The notes under the pieces: model-generated
Seen by the model: the letters and a program-made list of their open reading frames with translations, nothing else
Databases searched by the model: none
What the model was told of the DNA's origin: nothing
Part shown: positions 62,860 to 64,000 of the stretch, piece by piece
How the letters are laid out: each line of letters opens with the position of its first letter
How positions within the stretch are numbered: position 1 is the stretch's first letter
Made by a program: the position numbers and the translations under genes
From: Alloascoidea hylecoeti
Taxonomy: Eukaryota
Assembly: GCA_001600815.1 (NCBI GenBank)
Contig: BCKZ01000002.1
Location: 496,001-560,000, forward strand
Direction of reading: 5' to 3'
Length of the DNA stretch: 64,000 nucleotides

Positions 62860-64000
62860 TCGTATATCGCTAGCCTCCCTGTATTGGGAAAGCAAATTTC
62901 CTTCACAAGAGCTATTTAATAATAATATAATAGATCTTAAGCTCTTTACCAATATAATTAATACCCCAGGTTCTAATATAGGTCTTAATATTAACAGACT
63001 CATCACCAGAATCATAACGGCAATCTAACTACAGATATAAGTTATTAGTCGATCATTGCTTGCTAATCTTGGATATCGATTTCATCAACACAAAATATAA
63101 TATCTAATGCTTAGTTCATTTGCTTGGTACTGGATTTAGTTCTACAACAAATAAAGTGAACTATTTTTTTATCTAATCTAGATCTTTTGGTACATAATAT
63201 CAATTGATAAACGTACCCTGAACTCTACCAACAATAGCTACACAATAACTATATTGATTTAAGCCTGAAAGATGAGTATGGAAACTCTTAATAACACATT
63301 TTTAATTGATATATGGACAATATTTTATTTTACACATACAATGGATATAAACTTAAAAGTTATATCCCAAATTTATAAATATGGTAAGAAGTTAGTCAGG
63401 AATAATCAAAAAATTGAACGTCTAACTAAGATACATAGATTTAAAGCATTTGAGATAATTATAATCTAGTTATATCATTCATCAGCTACATTAAGTAGTT
63501 GCAACTACTTGCCAATACGTCTCAAATTAAATTTTTACCAAATTTAAGTTTGTAACTTTATACAAAATTAAGAACTTTCAGAAATGTTGGCAATAATGTA
63601 AAATCTAATTCAAAAAATGATTCCAAATTTTTTATTAGAAATCAGGAGAGGATCGTAAAAAGTATAACCTTCCTTTACTGGTATATATAATAGCTATTAT
63701 ATTACAGCTCACTAATTAATCTATGTTTGAGCCCCTCAATTGGCCACCAATTTGTGTATGATGTTTGGTAAACCTACATCAACAAAGTAGTATGCCTACG
63801 GTATACTTATAACTAATAGTTATAGTCAAGCGATATTAATATGTAGTTGAATAATGAGTGGGGAAAAACAAAAATAAATGATACCATCATTTTAATTGGG
63901 TGAATGTAGAAAATGTGGCTTTATATGTGACACCAATATTAATATGACTCTAAGGGCTTATAGCTTAATTATGGGAAAACAAATATTAAAATTCAATTAG

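Noticed and set aside
1..64000. CRISPR arrays or prokaryotic defence systems
   Set aside because: This is eukaryotic sequence with no repeat-spacer arrays or cas-like ORFs.

Overview
AT-rich genomic DNA from an intron-containing budding yeast (Saccharomycotina-like). CTG appears to read as Leu, judged from conserved positions such as LisH KQLLH and FLYEWW. The window holds about 17 protein-coding genes: PEX14 (partial), HEM25, a 4-exon PBI2/I9 inhibitor, UCH37, a CID-like protein, a SUN-family glucanase, a very large MARVEL protein, PRE7, ERD2, SOD1, URA7, a 5-exon CENP-H-like gene, INO80, a FLO8/SomA-like LisH regulator, QRI1/UAP1, a GFD2/QIP-like exonuclease, FBA1, an AAF1-like Q-rich regulator and a SEG1-like gene. 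I reconstructed 18 introns by hand. Compact divergent gene pairs alternate with long intergenic tracts of decayed elements: two related Tc1/DD34E copies, a LINE relic, MITEs and inverted repeats. The most notable observations are (1) a dispersed, degenerate 18S-ITS1-5.8S-ITS2 rDNA fragment fused to a Tc1 transposon that lacks its left end, (2) a sharp GC-rich island centred on the INO80/FLO8 bidirectional promoter and flanked by extreme AT troughs inside the same ORFs, (3) a Cu/Zn SOD with a C-terminal PTS1-like extension (-GKL), and (4) a MARVEL protein with a ~1350-aa disordered tail and a tandemly duplicated promoter/5' end. All calls come from reading the sequence by eye; no searches were run.
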